From positions 1 through 36,672 of IMG/VR virus record IMGVR_UViG_3300027323_000055: a stretch of DNA of 36,672 nt; one strand, written 5' to 3'. The notes beneath the pieces are model-generated. The model was not told where the DNA came from. It did no database searches and saw nothing but the letters and a program-made list of their open reading frames with translations. This stretch comes from a virus. Lineage: Duplodnaviria > Caudoviricetes. Shown piece by piece: positions 36,176-36,672 of this stretch (positions are counted from its first letter, which is position 1; each line of letters starts with the position of its first letter). The position numbers and the translations under genes were made by a program.

Positions 36176-36672
36176 TCGGCATTTTGCTGCTGGCTGCGGT
36201 GGCCGCTGCGCTGGCCTGGCAGTTTCAGGACTGGCGCTACGGTCGACAACTCGCGGAGCAGGCGCGGTTAAACGCCGACACCCTCAATCAGCTGAATGTG
36301 GCCGCAGCCACCGCGCAGCAGATCGAGCAGGATAAACGTCTGGCCCTTGAGCAACGCCTGGCGGCCAGTGAACAAACCCACTATCGAGCCATGAGCGATG
36401 CCCAACGTGATCAAGATCGCCTGCGCGATCGTCTTGCCACTGCTGATCTGCGCCTGTCAGTCCTCATCGACGCCGGCGATGCTGCCCAAGGCTGCGGGGT
36501 GCCAGCCACCGCCGGCGCCGGCGGCGTGGATCATGCAGCCGTACGCGCCCGACTTGACCCGGCGCATGCTCAACGAATTATCGCCATCACCGACGCCGGC
36601 GACCGCGGACTGATTGCCCTGCAGGCCTGTCAGGCCTATGTCAGAGCTCTGGCGCCCGAACATTTTGAATGA
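36154..36672 (+). CDS. Rz: Inner-membrane spanin (Rz-like)
   Basis: N-terminal TM segment, coiled coil, RLSV, C-terminal LQACQAYVR. Overlaps the endolysin end. Confidence 0.9.
   Translation: MSISWRLIGILLLAAVAAALAWQFQDWRYGRQLAEQARLNADTLNQLNVAAATAQQIEQDKRLALEQRLAASEQTHYRAMSDAQRDQDRLRDRLATADLRLSVLIDAGDAAQGCGVPATAGAGGVDHAAVRARLDPAHAQRIIAITDAGDRGLIALQACQAYVRALAPEHFE
36398..36613 (+). CDS. Rz1: Outer-membrane lipoprotein spanin (Rz1-like), embedded in Rz in the +1 frame
   Basis: Signal peptide with lipobox LLICAC, Pro-rich CQPPPAPAAWIMQP strongly resembling lambda Rz1. Confidence 0.85.
   Translation: MPNVIKIACAIVLPLLICACQSSSTPAMLPKAAGCQPPPAPAAWIMQPYAPDLTRRMLNELSPSPTPATAD

Larger units (their letters stand above)
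2793..36672 (+). other. Dual R-type tailocin gene cluster at the mutS locus
   Basis: Two full contractile-tail gene sets, one regulator, one lysis set, and no head, packaging, integration or replication genes. Confidence 0.93.

Noticed and set aside
2793-36672. Intact prophage
   Set aside because: No integrase, replication, terminase, portal or capsid genes; repressor leads directly to holin and tail genes.

Overview
Pseudomonas (fluorescens-complex-like, about 60% GC, GTGGGAGC-type REP elements) chromosomal window. It contains mutS on the minus strand, followed by a 33 kb plus-strand phage-tail-derived bacteriocin (tailocin) locus. There are no capsid, portal, terminase, integrase or replication genes. 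One PrtR-like S24 repressor, one holin and one endolysin/Rz/Rz1 cassette serve two complete, unrelated contractile tails. The first is a P2/R-pyocin-like tail (5048-17677) with a single 796-aa fibre. The second is a Mu-like tail (17850-27904) followed by an array of five complete fibre + partner cassettes (27919-35575) that share one N-terminal attachment domain but carry different tips. Features not shown by the ORF track: (1) a near-consensus sigma70 promoter covered by ATGCAT repeats; (2) a ~300-nt structured leader with a boxA-like motif upstream of at least six internal terminator-like hairpins, with no activator or antiterminator gene in view (candidate RNA/Nus-based antitermination); (3) an orphan fibre-chaperone gene bracketed by a duplicated 48-bp hairpin; (4) two -1 frameshift sites in the tail assembly chaperones; (5) three REPINs; (6) a 123-bp tandem repeat in tape measure 2. 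All product calls come from motif recognition and gene order, not database searches.
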